Source: Candidatus Poseidoniaceae archaeon (GTDB lineage: Archaea; Thermoplasmatota; Poseidoniia; Poseidoniales; Poseidoniaceae). From it: a stretch of DNA of 32,000 bases. The position numbers and the translations under genes were made by a program. Location of the stretch: positions 390,001 to 422,000 of the forward strand of contig CALSTM010000002.1 of assembly GCA_943789275.1 (NCBI GenBank). The letters are read 5' to 3'. The notes below the pieces were generated by a model. That model was not told the origin of the DNA and searched no databases. It was given only the letters and a program-made list of their open reading frames with translations. Positions 1 through 8,778 of the stretch are shown here, one piece after another; the stretch's first letter is position 1, and every line of letters starts with the position of its first letter.

Positions 1-2
1 TC

Positions 3-539
3 CTCGGTTGCAGATACTATCTGCACTTCTTTTTCGACCCTACAGCCACTGACGGCTTCCAAGTACAAGGCAAAGGTAGTCATGCAGGAAAGAATCTAGG
101 CCGGTTGGAATTGCTTTCAATGGACCGAAGAGATGAATCCAATGTCGATGAATTTTACAAACTCGGTTCGCTACGTGATTTGCGAGAAATGTCACTAGAG
201 CCGTCTTTTGTGGTCACCGGTAACCAACCGGTGGTCATTCGAGAATCACTGCTCCCCCGGGCCTTTGAGATGGCAGAAGGGACGGTTGCTGAATCGTTTG
301 AACTTGAGGAAGGAAGCCGTGGTATGATTGGACCGTTCTGTCTTGAGACCATCGTGACCGATGCTCTCGAGTTCAAGGTGTTTGAAATCAGCGCACGTAT
401 TGTCGCCGGGTCGAACCCGTTTGTGGGAGGTTCTCCTTATTCAGATATCAATGAAGAAAGAATGTCCACCGGCCGCCGTATTGCTCGTTCAATCCGTAAA
501 GCAAGTGACAACGATTGCTTGGGCGACATTCTTTCTTGA
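3..539 (+). CDS. purP: FAICAR synthetase PurP (5-formaminoimidazole-4-carboxamide ribotide synthetase), C-terminal part; 5' end lies off the window
   Basis: The frame is open from nt 3, with no stop before the listed ORF at 105 (..GCRYYLHFFFDPTATDGF..LELLSMDRRDESNVDEF..). Motifs LHFFF, LSMDRRDESNVD, IGPFCLE, FEISARIVAGSNPF, GGSPYS and MSTGRRIA match my recollection of the archaeal ATP-grasp PurP family. Stop TGA at 537-539. Confidence 0.75.
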   Translation, partial: LGCRYYLHFFFDPTATDGFQVQGKGSHAGKNLGRLELLSMDRRDESNVDEFYKLGSLRDLREMSLEPSFVVTGNQPVVIRESLLPRAFEMAEGTVAESFELEEGSRGMIGPFCLETIVTDALEFKVFEISARIVAGSNPFVGGSPYSDINEERMSTGRRIARSIRKASDNDCLGDILS

Positions 540-598
540 GAACAATGTTTCCGTATATGGAACGACACAGGCACCAAAGTCCGCTCAAAGCGAACGGT

Positions 599-1843
599 TC
601 AGTCAGAATCACTGTTCGATAGCGATTCTAAATCAGGGGCGTTCGGAAGACTGTTAACCGTTGCCAAGTACTCCTCGAGGGAGACTGCTCCGTCACCGTC
701 TTTGTCAGCCTTCTTGTGAATAACTTTGGCCTCTTCTACCGACATTCCGGTAGCAGTTGCGAGTTCTTCAACTGAAAGAAGAGCACTGCCATCAATATCT
801 GCGGAATCAAAACTGTTCTTGAGTGAATCAAGTTGGGATTCTAGTTCACGCTTAAGGCGTTCTCTTTCAGCTTCCGAGGCGACCTCGAAGGAACAAACTT
901 GCATAATCGGATCGCCGGCAGTCAACTCTGCAGAGAATTCTGTTAATTCTCCACCGTTGCTCACCATGATTTGGAACTTGGTTGGGTCTTTGGAACGTCG
1001 CTTCTTGTGCTTCTTGTAATAGTGGACATAGACGTGATATTGGCCACCAGGTGCTGTACCTTCCGGCCAAAACACGTTCTCAACAGGCTTACGAGTTTCT
1101 GCTCGGACGTTGGCATCAACATCCAATTCACCACCGCAGGCTGAGATTTTGTTTCCACCGTGAATACGCTCACCGGAAGGACATACAATGTGCAAATCAA
1201 GGTCATTGTAATTGTTCCACATAAGTGAAACCTGAACATCGGAAGATTTCGCACCTTCTCGCTCAAGTCGTGCTTGTAATTCCTTGATTGCCTTTGAGTT
1301 GGCGTTGTTCGATGCCACTTGCTCTTGTTGAGCATTTGCAATCTCCGCGAGGCGAGCCTCTTCGGCTGCCAAGAGATCTTCTTGCCGTTGTAACTCACGT
1401 TCTGCAGCAAGACGAGCCTCTTCTTGTTCTCTACGACGAGCTTCATCCTCTTCGTCACGAACTTTTTGAGCCGCTTCGTTTGCGAGGCGTGCCTCTTCCA
1501 AGGCTGCATTTCGAGCGTCTTCAGCGATTTGCTTGCGTTCTGCTTCTTGTTGGGCACGTGTCTGATTAAGTTGTTCTCGTGCTTGGCGTTCTGCATCTTC
1601 AAGAGCCAATCGACTTGATATGGTTTCTTGACGTCGACGACGGTTTTCAACGATGGCCAGTTTCCGATCAATCTCTTTCTTAGCGTTCCCAAAACCTGGA
1701 GCCTTGGTACCGTAACGTAGGCCTTCTGGATTCATACCTTGACGCACTGAAACAGTGATGTCTTTTCGAGTATAAATGTACCACAGACCGTAACAGAAAC
1801 CTCCACCTAGAGCGAAGGAAGCCACCAGATATGTTATCTCCAT
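599..1843 (-). CDS. Membrane-anchored protein: N-terminal TM helix, ~140-aa E/R/A/Q-rich helical spacer, DLDLH beta-sandwich-like module (DUF2135/YfaP-like, from memory), C-terminal EF-hand pair
   Basis: ATG at 1843 is preceded by GGGTGAT (SD-like) 5 nt upstream. aa 4-24 are hydrophobic (YLVASFALGGGFCYGLWYIY). aa ~57-198 are charged helix (EEDEARRREQEEARLAAERELQRQEDLLAAEEARL). aa ~201-321 read SLMWNNYNDLDLHIVCPSGERI..CGGELDVDAN..ENVFWPEGTAPGGQYHVYVHYY. aa 380-391 (DKDGDGAVSLEE) form a canonical 12-residue EF-hand loop, and aa 349-360 (DIDGSALLSVEE) form a degenerate partner loop. Confidence 0.85.
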   Translation of the reverse strand: MEITYLVASFALGGGFCYGLWYIYTRKDITVSVRQGMNPEGLRYGTKAPGFGNAKKEIDRKLAIVENRRRRQETISSRLALEDAERQAREQLNQTRAQQEAERKQIAEDARNAALEEARLANEAAQKVRDEEDEARRREQEEARLAAERELQRQEDLLAAEEARLAEIANAQQEQVASNNANSKAIKELQARLEREGAKSSDVQVSLMWNNYNDLDLHIVCPSGERIHGGNKISACGGELDVDANVRAETRKPVENVFWPEGTAPGGQYHVYVHYYKKHKKRRSKDPTKFQIMVSNGGELTEFSAELTAGDPIMQVCSFEVASEAERERLKRELESQLDSLKNSFDSADIDGSALLSVEELATATGMSVEEAKVIHKKADKDGDGAVSLEEYLATVNSLPNAPDLESLSNSDSD

Positions 1844-1985
1844 TGTATCACCCTAGGGAGTGCTAGTCTTTGGTAGCATCGGTTGATTGTCATTGGAATT
1901 AATTTCTTGACTGTTCTTGAATACTTTCTGGGACGTCGTACATTCATGGTTGCCTGTTTATAATCTCCCCGCCCTTAGGAGGTTC

Positions 1986-2624
1986 GTGCGAGAAATACAT
2001 TTACGATGGACTGCACAGACCGTAGCAAACTCGGAATATGCCCCAATAGCGAAAATTGCGCATTCCTTGGAAGTTGTCGGCCATCTTGACATCGGCGAAA
2101 AGGGTATTCGGCAACTGATTTTCCCCCACTTTTGTGAAGGGAAAGGCCCGAGCGATCTCAACGAAGTACCCTTCTTGAACGTCGAATCGGAACTCGATGG
2201 AGGGAAAAGTGGATATTTGGTGGTATGGAACTCTCATCCACTCTCTATTGCTGCTATTCGGTTTTCAAACATCCATATCCTACCGCCGTACACATACGGT
2301 GGAGAAGGTATCGAAATCACCGTAAGAGGCGTTCCTTCAGGCGTGTCTCAGTTCTTGAAAACATGCCGCGCTTGGCTCCCTCCTGATACGGTTAAAGTCG
2401 TAGAAATGGCGGATAATCAAAGCATCATTGAATCCACTCTCACTCCTCGCCAAATAGAATGCGTCAAGATTGCTGCATCTTCGGGGTATTACGACCATCC
2501 GAAAAAAATCAAATTACGTGAATTGTCGGAACTTATGGACATCCCTCGCTCAACGCTTCAGGAACACTTGAACCGGGCTGAGTTGTCAATGATGAAGTGG
2601 GCAAGCGAACAGATTAATTCGTAA
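1986..2624 (+). CDS. HTH_10 (bacterio-opsin-activator-type) archaeal transcriptional regulator
   Basis: C-terminal LTPRQIECVKIAASSGYYDHPKKIKLRELSELMDIPRSTLQEHLNRAELSMMKW is the typical HTH_10 signature. The ORF track starts at TTG 1917. I prefer GTG 1986 because AGGAGG sits at 1977-1982 and the resulting ~212 aa fits the family size. The start remains uncertain (1917 is the alternative). Confidence 0.75.
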   Translation: MREIHLRWTAQTVANSEYAPIAKIAHSLEVVGHLDIGEKGIRQLIFPHFCEGKGPSDLNEVPFLNVESELDGGKSGYLVVWNSHPLSIAAIRFSNIHILPPYTYGGEGIEITVRGVPSGVSQFLKTCRAWLPPDTVKVVEMADNQSIIESTLTPRQIECVKIAASSGYYDHPKKIKLRELSELMDIPRSTLQEHLNRAELSMMKWASEQINS

Positions 2625-2667
2625 TGAGCGTGCAAAACCTTGAGAACAAGCGTGTTTTACGAAGGGC

Positions 2668-3465
2668 ATGGACAAGGCCAGTCGTCTGCAAAAAATACTC
2701 CCGAATGGCCGAGGTGTGTGGGTGCCAATCGACCATGGCGCGTCTGATTTCCCCGTCGAGGGTTTGACCGACACTGATCATGTCATCCGTTCGTTAGTCC
2801 GTGCCGGCGTTGATGTTATTCTTGCCCAAAAAGGCGTGGTTAGCCATTACAATCATCTTTGTGAAGATTCGAAAACAAGTATGGTTGTTCATTTTTCAGT
2901 GTCAACACGGCATGCAGGTCCTGACAGTTCAAACAAAGTATTGGTTGGCAATGCTGACGAAGTACTTCCCCGGGGTGGAATTGGCGTTTCATGCCAAGTG
3001 AACATGGGCAGTCCAAACGAAGCTGCTATGGTGGAACGAATGGGGCAAATGAGTCGCTCTGCCCTCCACCATCAATTACCAATGTTTGGCATGGTCTATG
3101 CACGTGGAGAAAATCTCTCTATCATGGAAGGCGATAGCACCAATGCGAACGCACATGCAGTACGACTTGCGTTTGAACTCGGTTGTGATGCTGCAAAGAC
3201 CACTTGGACTGGTGACAAAGACAGTTTCGAAAAAGTGTCAGCAGCCGCCCCGATTCCTGTCCTCGTTGCTGGCGGTCCTGCAACAGGAGATTCCAAAGCG
3301 ATTCTAAGCATGGTCCGTGATGCACTGGATGCTGGAGCATCCGGCATATGCATGGGCCGTCAAGTCTTTGCTCATCCAAACGTCGAAGGGATAGCAAGAG
3401 CGCTGGTCATGCTTGTCCACCAAGACTCAACCGTTGAACAAGCAATAGATGCCTGTAACTTGTGA
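2668..3465 (+). CDS. aroA': 2-amino-3,7-dideoxy-D-threo-hept-6-ulosonate (ADH) synthase, class I aldolase family (AroA')
   Basis: The 265-aa product aligns by eye with Methanocaldococcus MJ0400-type ADH synthase: VPIDHGASDFPVEGL, ILAQKGVV, MVYARG, AAKTTWTGD..SF, PVLVAGGP, GASGICMGRQVF. It lies directly upstream of DHQ synthase II. Confidence 0.85.
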   Translation: MDKASRLQKILPNGRGVWVPIDHGASDFPVEGLTDTDHVIRSLVRAGVDVILAQKGVVSHYNHLCEDSKTSMVVHFSVSTRHAGPDSSNKVLVGNADEVLPRGGIGVSCQVNMGSPNEAAMVERMGQMSRSALHHQLPMFGMVYARGENLSIMEGDSTNANAHAVRLAFELGCDAAKTTWTGDKDSFEKVSAAAPIPVLVAGGPATGDSKAILSMVRDALDAGASGICMGRQVFAHPNVEGIARALVMLVHQDSTVEQAIDACNL

Positions 3466-3474
3466 GGCTTTAAC

Positions 3475-4500
3475 ATGGAACTATGGCTCGATAATCGGCA
3501 ATCTATAGAAATTGAAGAGGTGTTGGCTGATGGTTTTGACCAACACATAACCTCCCGTCAATCCTCAATGGAGACAGATGTTTACGTCGTACAAGACCGC
3601 CTCTTTCGTAACGAACGAGTGATTGGAAGTTGTATCACCATTTTTGACGAATCAACCCAACAAAAGGCCCGCTCTCTTGTAGGAAGTGTCGAATGGCTGG
3701 TTCTTGAGTTCCAAAACTGGTCGATGATTCCCCTCGAAAATCTCATTGCCGCATGTGAAGGCACACCAACCAAAATCGCAGCAGTCATCAATGAAGCAGA
3801 ACAGGCTAACGGTGCTGGCTTTGCTCTTGAGAAAGGAGTGGATGCTTTAGTTGTAGTTTCGGACGAGAAACTGGTGGAAGCCGCCCTCATCGTTAAGTCT
3901 CAACGGCTTGAGATGCAAAAACCGCTGCTCGCTTCTGAACAATCTTCCAAGCATACGGGAATCAGTATCCATACCATTACTTCAATCGAAAACGGAGGTA
4001 TTTCGGAACGGTATTGCATTGATACAACGCGATTCTTGCAACATGGAGAAGGACTCTTGCTTGGTTCAAGCGCTTCCAGTTTCGTACTGGTGCACGGTGA
4101 AACCGTAGAATCGGAATATGTCCCACCCCGGCCGTTTCGCGTGAATGCAGGACCTCCTCATGCTTACGTCAACATGGCTGACGGGACAACAAAGTACCTT
4201 TCGGAATTGAGGACTGGAGACGAAATACAACTTACAAATGCCGAAGGTTTTCAACGCAGTGCGACCATTGGCAGGCTCAAGATTGAAATCCGTCCGATGA
4301 TTTTGATTCGGTGGATTGATGAAAATGATAAAGAAGGGAGCATGTTCTTGCAGCAAGCGGAGACAGTACGCGTCATCGGAGAAGACAAGCGACCAAAATC
4401 AATTACTGCATTGAAAAAAGGCGATTGTATTCTTGGTTGGTGTCAGAAGGGTGCTCGGCACATTGGTGCTGAAATTTCGAGTAATGTATCTGAACGGTGA
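3475..4500 (+). CDS. aroB': 3-dehydroquinate synthase II (archaeal type, AroB')
   Basis: Motifs WSMIPLENLIA, RYCIDTTRFLQHGEGLLLGSSASSFVLVHGETVESEYVPPRPFRVNAGPPHAYV and TKYLSELRTGDE are near-identical in pattern to MJ1249-type DHQS-II. There is a 9-nt gap from aroA'. Confidence 0.9.
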   Translation: MELWLDNRQSIEIEEVLADGFDQHITSRQSSMETDVYVVQDRLFRNERVIGSCITIFDESTQQKARSLVGSVEWLVLEFQNWSMIPLENLIAACEGTPTKIAAVINEAEQANGAGFALEKGVDALVVVSDEKLVEAALIVKSQRLEMQKPLLASEQSSKHTGISIHTITSIENGGISERYCIDTTRFLQHGEGLLLGSSASSFVLVHGETVESEYVPPRPFRVNAGPPHAYVNMADGTTKYLSELRTGDEIQLTNAEGFQRSATIGRLKIEIRPMILIRWIDENDKEGSMFLQQAETVRVIGEDKRPKSITALKKGDCILGWCQKGARHIGAEISSNVSER

Positions 4501-4504
4501 AACA

Positions 4505-5413
4505 ATGGCAGTACTCGGCTCAGGAAAGGCAAACGGTGGATGCAGTCTACTGCATGCTGCTGGCCTTGGCTACGGTGCAAGCATTGGTTTGGATATCCCG
4601 ATTGCAGTTCGATTACTTGACAAACCAAGTAAACGAGGGTCTGATGACCCCGATGGGCTGCTCCCTGCTATTCTTGATGCTTGGGTCGAAGCTGGTTTTG
4701 AACTACCGAATGAACTTGAAAAGGACGACTTGCATTGGGCTGTCATGAGCAAAATCCCTCCACGTCAAGGCCTCAAATCCAGTGCTGCAACGGCGATTGC
4801 TGCACTAAAGGCGCTTTCTGAGGCGACTGGAATGGATGTGGATGATGAAATGTTAGTGGCCATGGCCGCACAAGCTCAAATCTCTTCTGGAATCTCCCTT
4901 ACTGGTTCTATTGATGATGCGTGGGCTTGCCTGAAACCTGGATGGAAACTTATTGACCCACAGGCAGACAGTATCGCTGAAGGCGTACTTTTCGAAGGAA
5001 AGGGGCCCAGTAACGACGATTGGTTGGTCATGGTTGTGTGCAGAGGGGAACGTTCACACCGTCCGCAGTTGGAAGACTTCCCTCCCCATGGTGCCGCATT
5101 CCAAAAAGCCCTTACCGCTTTACAAGAAGAAAACGAATTGGTTGCCCTCACGTGGAACGGTCGAGCAATCGTTGCCGTCATGAACGATGTTCAAGGCCGT
5201 AAGATCACCAACGATGCGATGCTGAATGGTGCACGGGCAGCAGGAATGTCTGGTTCCGGCAATGCAATTATTGTGCTCGCCCCTAAGGTCAGCAAGCCAA
5301 GTTGTGACCGACTTAGAGCCTTATTTGAAAACAATAAAGACATCGTGAAAGTGATTGAAACTTCGTTTATGACAGCGGAAGATGAACAACTGGATGAAGA
5401 CGCAACTACTTGA
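4505..5413 (+). CDS. aroK: Shikimate kinase, archaeal GHMP-kinase type
   Basis: ATG 4505 lies 4 nt after the aroB' stop, with GGTGA 5 nt upstream. The listed 4433 start would overlap aroB' by 68 nt. Motifs IPPRQGLKSSAATAIAALKA (GHMP motif II-like), SLTGSIDDAWA and AGMSGSGNAIIVLA parallel MJ1440-type shikimate kinase. Confidence 0.8.
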   Translation: MAVLGSGKANGGCSLLHAAGLGYGASIGLDIPIAVRLLDKPSKRGSDDPDGLLPAILDAWVEAGFELPNELEKDDLHWAVMSKIPPRQGLKSSAATAIAALKALSEATGMDVDDEMLVAMAAQAQISSGISLTGSIDDAWACLKPGWKLIDPQADSIAEGVLFEGKGPSNDDWLVMVVCRGERSHRPQLEDFPPHGAAFQKALTALQEENELVALTWNGRAIVAVMNDVQGRKITNDAMLNGARAAGMSGSGNAIIVLAPKVSKPSCDRLRALFENNKDIVKVIETSFMTAEDEQLDEDATT

Positions 5414-5442
5414 AGGAAGGGCCGCTCGAAGTATTGAATCCA

Positions 5443-6525
5443 ATGCATATGCACCTCGGAGAACGCATCCGACTGAACCTGTTTGGCACCAGTCACGGCC
5501 CACGAGTCGGCGCCATGCTAACCGGAGTACCCGCAGGCATTCACATCGATTACGAGGCCGTTCAACAAGCCATGAATACTCGACGTCCAGGAGGACGCTA
5601 TGCAAGTAAGCGAAAAGAGCCGGACATTGTCGAATTTCTAAGCGGTGTTGAGAAAGGAGAAACAACGGGAGAAGATATTGAACTTTCAATAGCGAATACC
5701 GATGCTAAATCTAGAGATTACAGTTTCCTCCCTGACCATCCACGCCCCGGCCATCAAGATATGGTCATGCACAAACGAACGAACGGCGAGGCGGACCTTC
5801 GTGGCGGAGGTTCTTCCAGCGCTCGTCTGACTGCTGCTTTAGTTGCCTCTGCGGCCCTTTTATCGCCGCTCTTGGAACCGCTCGGGATTCATTGTGAGGC
5901 TCATGTTGGAGCAATCGGTAGTGTAGAGGCGGCCTCCATGGAGAATTGCCCACCGCGATGGGAAAATGACGATTGTAAGGAAATGCGTTGCAGGGACCCT
6001 GTTGCTGCATCGAAAATGATTGAAACTGTGGAACATCATCGTATGAGCCGTAACTCAATTGGAAGTCGTGTTGATTTACAAGTATCTGGTGTTCCCCTCG
6101 GGCTCGGAGAACCGTGGTTCGATGGAATTGAACCTGCCATGGCTCGAGCGATGATGTCTATTCCTGCTGCGAGAGGTGTCGTTTTTGGAAGAGGCTTCGA
6201 TGTGGTCAAAATGACTGGGATTGAACACAACGATGCATGGGGTGGCTCTCCTGAACGCCCAATGTTGGTCGGTGTAAAACCGGATGGAGTGATTGCTGGC
6301 TTAGCCACAGGTTCTCCAATTCACGTCTCTGTGGCTTTCAAACCTCCGTCATCTATCGCTTCTGAGCAGCACACCCTCAACCTAGCATCTGGAACCATTG
6401 AGCCGCTGGTAGTGGGCGGTCGCCACGATCCGGTTTTGGGTCCAAGAGCCGTGGCAGTAGTGGAAGCCATGGCGAAAATTGTTCTGTCCGACCTCGCATT
6501 ACGTGGAGGTTTTCTTGATGCGTAA
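5443..6525 (+). CDS. aroC: Chorismate synthase
   Basis: Motifs LFGTSHGPRVGAMLTGVPAGI, RRPGG, RPGHQD, GGGSSSAR and GGRHDPV are chorismate-synthase signatures. The start is ambiguous (TTG 5410, ATG 5443 or ATG 5449); I report the first ATG. Confidence 0.85.
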   Translation: MHMHLGERIRLNLFGTSHGPRVGAMLTGVPAGIHIDYEAVQQAMNTRRPGGRYASKRKEPDIVEFLSGVEKGETTGEDIELSIANTDAKSRDYSFLPDHPRPGHQDMVMHKRTNGEADLRGGGSSSARLTAALVASAALLSPLLEPLGIHCEAHVGAIGSVEAASMENCPPRWENDDCKEMRCRDPVAASKMIETVEHHRMSRNSIGSRVDLQVSGVPLGLGEPWFDGIEPAMARAMMSIPAARGVVFGRGFDVVKMTGIEHNDAWGGSPERPMLVGVKPDGVIAGLATGSPIHVSVAFKPPSSIASEQHTLNLASGTIEPLVVGGRHDPVLGPRAVAVVEAMAKIVLSDLALRGGFLDA

Positions 6526-7840
6526 AACCATCACTGTTCACAAATTTGGAGGTTCCTGCCTCCGGGACATATCGGACCTCAATCGTATTGCTGAAGTCAT
6601 TCAGCACTGGCCTGGGCAATCGCTGATTGTTGTCTCTGCATTGTGGGGTACAACCGACCGTCTAATGCGAGCAAGCCAAGAACCAAGATATGCAAGCCGT
6701 TTGGTAAGTGACCTCTCTCGCCAGCATCTTCGCTTTGCACCATCCCTCAATGGCAGTGAAAATGGTCATTTATTCCGTTCAGTTTTGATGGGGATTGAAC
6801 AGTCGCTGAAGGAGTTGGCGCAGAGTCCAAACAATTGGATTGCCATCAACCGACTGTTGGCAGCAGGTGAGCGATTGTCCGCATTGGTCGTGGCGCAGCG
6901 CCTAAAAGAGCATGGAATTGATGCACATCCAGTAGGTGCTGAAGACATCGGGCTCAAACTGAAAGGCATTAACAGAGCGCCAGTGGTTGACCTCGAAACT
7001 TCAATGGACGAATTAGACCGCTCAGCTTTTTTCGGAACTCCGGTGATTACAGGATGGTTTGGAGAAGGAGATGACGGGGAACTCGCCTTACTGGGGCGAG
7101 GTGGAAGCGACCATACTGCCACCTCAATTGCGAGGTTGGTCGATGCAGACAAAGTTATTCTGTGGAAGGATGTAGATGGAGTGTTACCTATTAATCCTCG
7201 ATGGGGGGTGCAATCTTCACCAATCCCTTACCTTGGTTACAGTGAAGCTGTGGAACTAGCAAGGCTCGATACTCCGGTCTTACATCCTGCAACTGTAGAG
7301 CCACTTCGTGGGATTGGAATCCCTTTGGAAATTAGAGACCTTCGCAGCATAGTAAAGGAACAAGCGGCCTCAATCATTGGACCTGACTTGATTCAAACCC
7401 ACAAAGTGAAAGCAATCGGTTGTCTTCCGAACGTGACACGCTTAACTGTGAATTCATCTTCTCTTGAAGTCCAAAGTGAACTTCTTGGCCGTGTTCTTAT
7501 CGACCTTGCAAAGGAAAACATTGCCTGTTGGAATCTTGACACAATACCTGGTCAAATATCGTGGATTGTCTCTCAGCATGACCTTGAAAAAGCAAACCAA
7601 ATTATCACAAACCATTTCTCAGCTCCGGGCGTTTCTGAATACGGAGTTATGTTCTCACTTGTAGGTAACAAGTTACCAAATGTGAAAAACACTCTTTTGT
7701 CACCAGAAATGACATCGATACTCGAATTGGAAATCGTCTCGGTTACCGATCATGCGGTACGGGTCATTTCAACGAGAAATGACATTTCGCTCATGCTTGA
7801 TACCTTGGCCAATTATCTTGAATTGACCATAGAGGTCTAG
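6518..7840 (+). CDS. lysC: Aspartate kinase (amino-acid kinase domain plus C-terminal ACT-like region)
   Basis: MRKTITVHKFGGSCL.. N-terminus, SALWGTTDRL, LGRGGSDHTATSIA, VILWKDVDGV and YSEAVELARLDTPVLHP are aspartokinase motifs. ATG 6518 has GGAGGT 9 nt upstream and overlaps the aroC stop (ATGCGTAA, 8-nt overlap). Confidence 0.85.
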   Translation: MRKTITVHKFGGSCLRDISDLNRIAEVIQHWPGQSLIVVSALWGTTDRLMRASQEPRYASRLVSDLSRQHLRFAPSLNGSENGHLFRSVLMGIEQSLKELAQSPNNWIAINRLLAAGERLSALVVAQRLKEHGIDAHPVGAEDIGLKLKGINRAPVVDLETSMDELDRSAFFGTPVITGWFGEGDDGELALLGRGGSDHTATSIARLVDADKVILWKDVDGVLPINPRWGVQSSPIPYLGYSEAVELARLDTPVLHPATVEPLRGIGIPLEIRDLRSIVKEQAASIIGPDLIQTHKVKAIGCLPNVTRLTVNSSSLEVQSELLGRVLIDLAKENIACWNLDTIPGQISWIVSQHDLEKANQIITNHFSAPGVSEYGVMFSLVGNKLPNVKNTLLSPEMTSILELEIVSVTDHAVRVISTRNDISLMLDTLANYLELTIEV

Positions 7841-7842
7841 AT

Positions 7843-8769
7843 TCAATCTTCAGCACGCTTTTCACGGTAGCTTTGCAAGTGAGTTGGAAGGTTAAGGGCA
7901 AACAAGCCACCAACGACGCTGAAAACAAAGAATGTACCAAGGGCGACGCCGTAGACTGAAATCAGTTCTACGGATTCTTCCATTCTTAGAGCAGTATCTG
8001 AAGAAAAGATACCTACAAAGAACGGCAAGATTGTGTTTGCAGAAAGAACGATGGTAGCGAGGATTGTTGCAATGATTGGGTTGATCAGAAGAGAGCGGTG
8101 GTATTTTCCAACAATCTTCTTTGGATTCATGACATAGACTTCATTGGTTCGAATACTGGTGTCAAGCATTGAATAGCGCAGGACACCGTTGGATAATTCG
8201 AAGTACATGATGAGAAGTACTGCATAGACAACGACAAGACCTGAAAGCAAGAATGGACTATCTTGTAAGCCAAACATATCGTTCGAAAGCGTAACTTTCG
8301 AAGAGGCAAAGCGTAGAATAGCGAGAATAAACATGAGGTTGCTGGCGAGTGTAAACCGTCCATCTCGCTGGAAAGTACCCCAAAAACCGGTGCCTGTTGC
8401 ACCAGCAATGAGACACAGTTGGAGAATTGTTGCCACTCCAAGGCTTCCTGTTAGCATGTACCAGATTGTACCATCTGGAGGAGAAATGATGTAGGTCATC
8501 AACGACAATGCCACCAGGACGCCATAGACACCAAGTTGAAGGTTCTGAACCATCTTATCAGGTGCTAAGAACTTCGTTTTAGGAACCAGAGGACCACCAA
8601 GTAGGCTTTCGATGAACGATGGAATTTCGACATCTGGAATAGCGTCCTTTGGAATTTCACTCCCGGCACCGACTTGTCCTGCAGCCTTCTTTCGTGAAGG
8701 AGCAGATGAACGAACGGTTTTACCGTCATACAAGTGAGCAGTGTCGCTGGATGGTCGTGATACGGTCAT
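7843..8769 (-). CDS. Polytopic membrane protein of unknown function; last gene of the MoxR/DUF58 operon
   Basis: ATG 8769 has GAGGTGA 5 nt upstream and lies 9 nt after the DUF58 stop. A ~75-aa soluble N-terminus is followed by about 6-7 hydrophobic helices (e.g. LGVYGVLVALSLMTYII, LGVATILQLCLIAGATGTGFW, FLLSGLVVVYAVLLIMYF, LINPIIATILATIVLSA, YGVALGTFFVFSVVGGLFAL). I recognise no catalytic motif. Confidence 0.7.
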   Translation of the reverse strand: MTVSRPSSDTAHLYDGKTVRSSAPSRKKAAGQVGAGSEIPKDAIPDVEIPSFIESLLGGPLVPKTKFLAPDKMVQNLQLGVYGVLVALSLMTYIISPPDGTIWYMLTGSLGVATILQLCLIAGATGTGFWGTFQRDGRFTLASNLMFILAILRFASSKVTLSNDMFGLQDSPFLLSGLVVVYAVLLIMYFELSNGVLRYSMLDTSIRTNEVYVMNPKKIVGKYHRSLLINPIIATILATIVLSANTILPFFVGIFSSDTALRMEESVELISVYGVALGTFFVFSVVGGLFALNLPTHLQSYREKRAED

Positions 8770-8778
8770 GTTCTCACC

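Noticed and set aside
961-1692. A 243-aa alternative-frame ORF on the minus strand, and plus-strand ORFs 1288..1569 and 1424..1618, all inside the coiled-coil gene
   Set aside because: They lie within the low-complexity E/R/A/Q codon region, which keeps several frames open. Only the 599..1843 frame gives a coherent TM/helix/domain/EF-hand protein with an SD-preceded ATG.
4433-4504. Listed upstream start of shikimate kinase, overlapping aroB' by 68 nt
   Set aside because: ATG 4505 follows the aroB' stop by 4 nt with GGTGA upstream, and the family-conserved N-terminus (G-x-A-x-G..INA-like) begins there.
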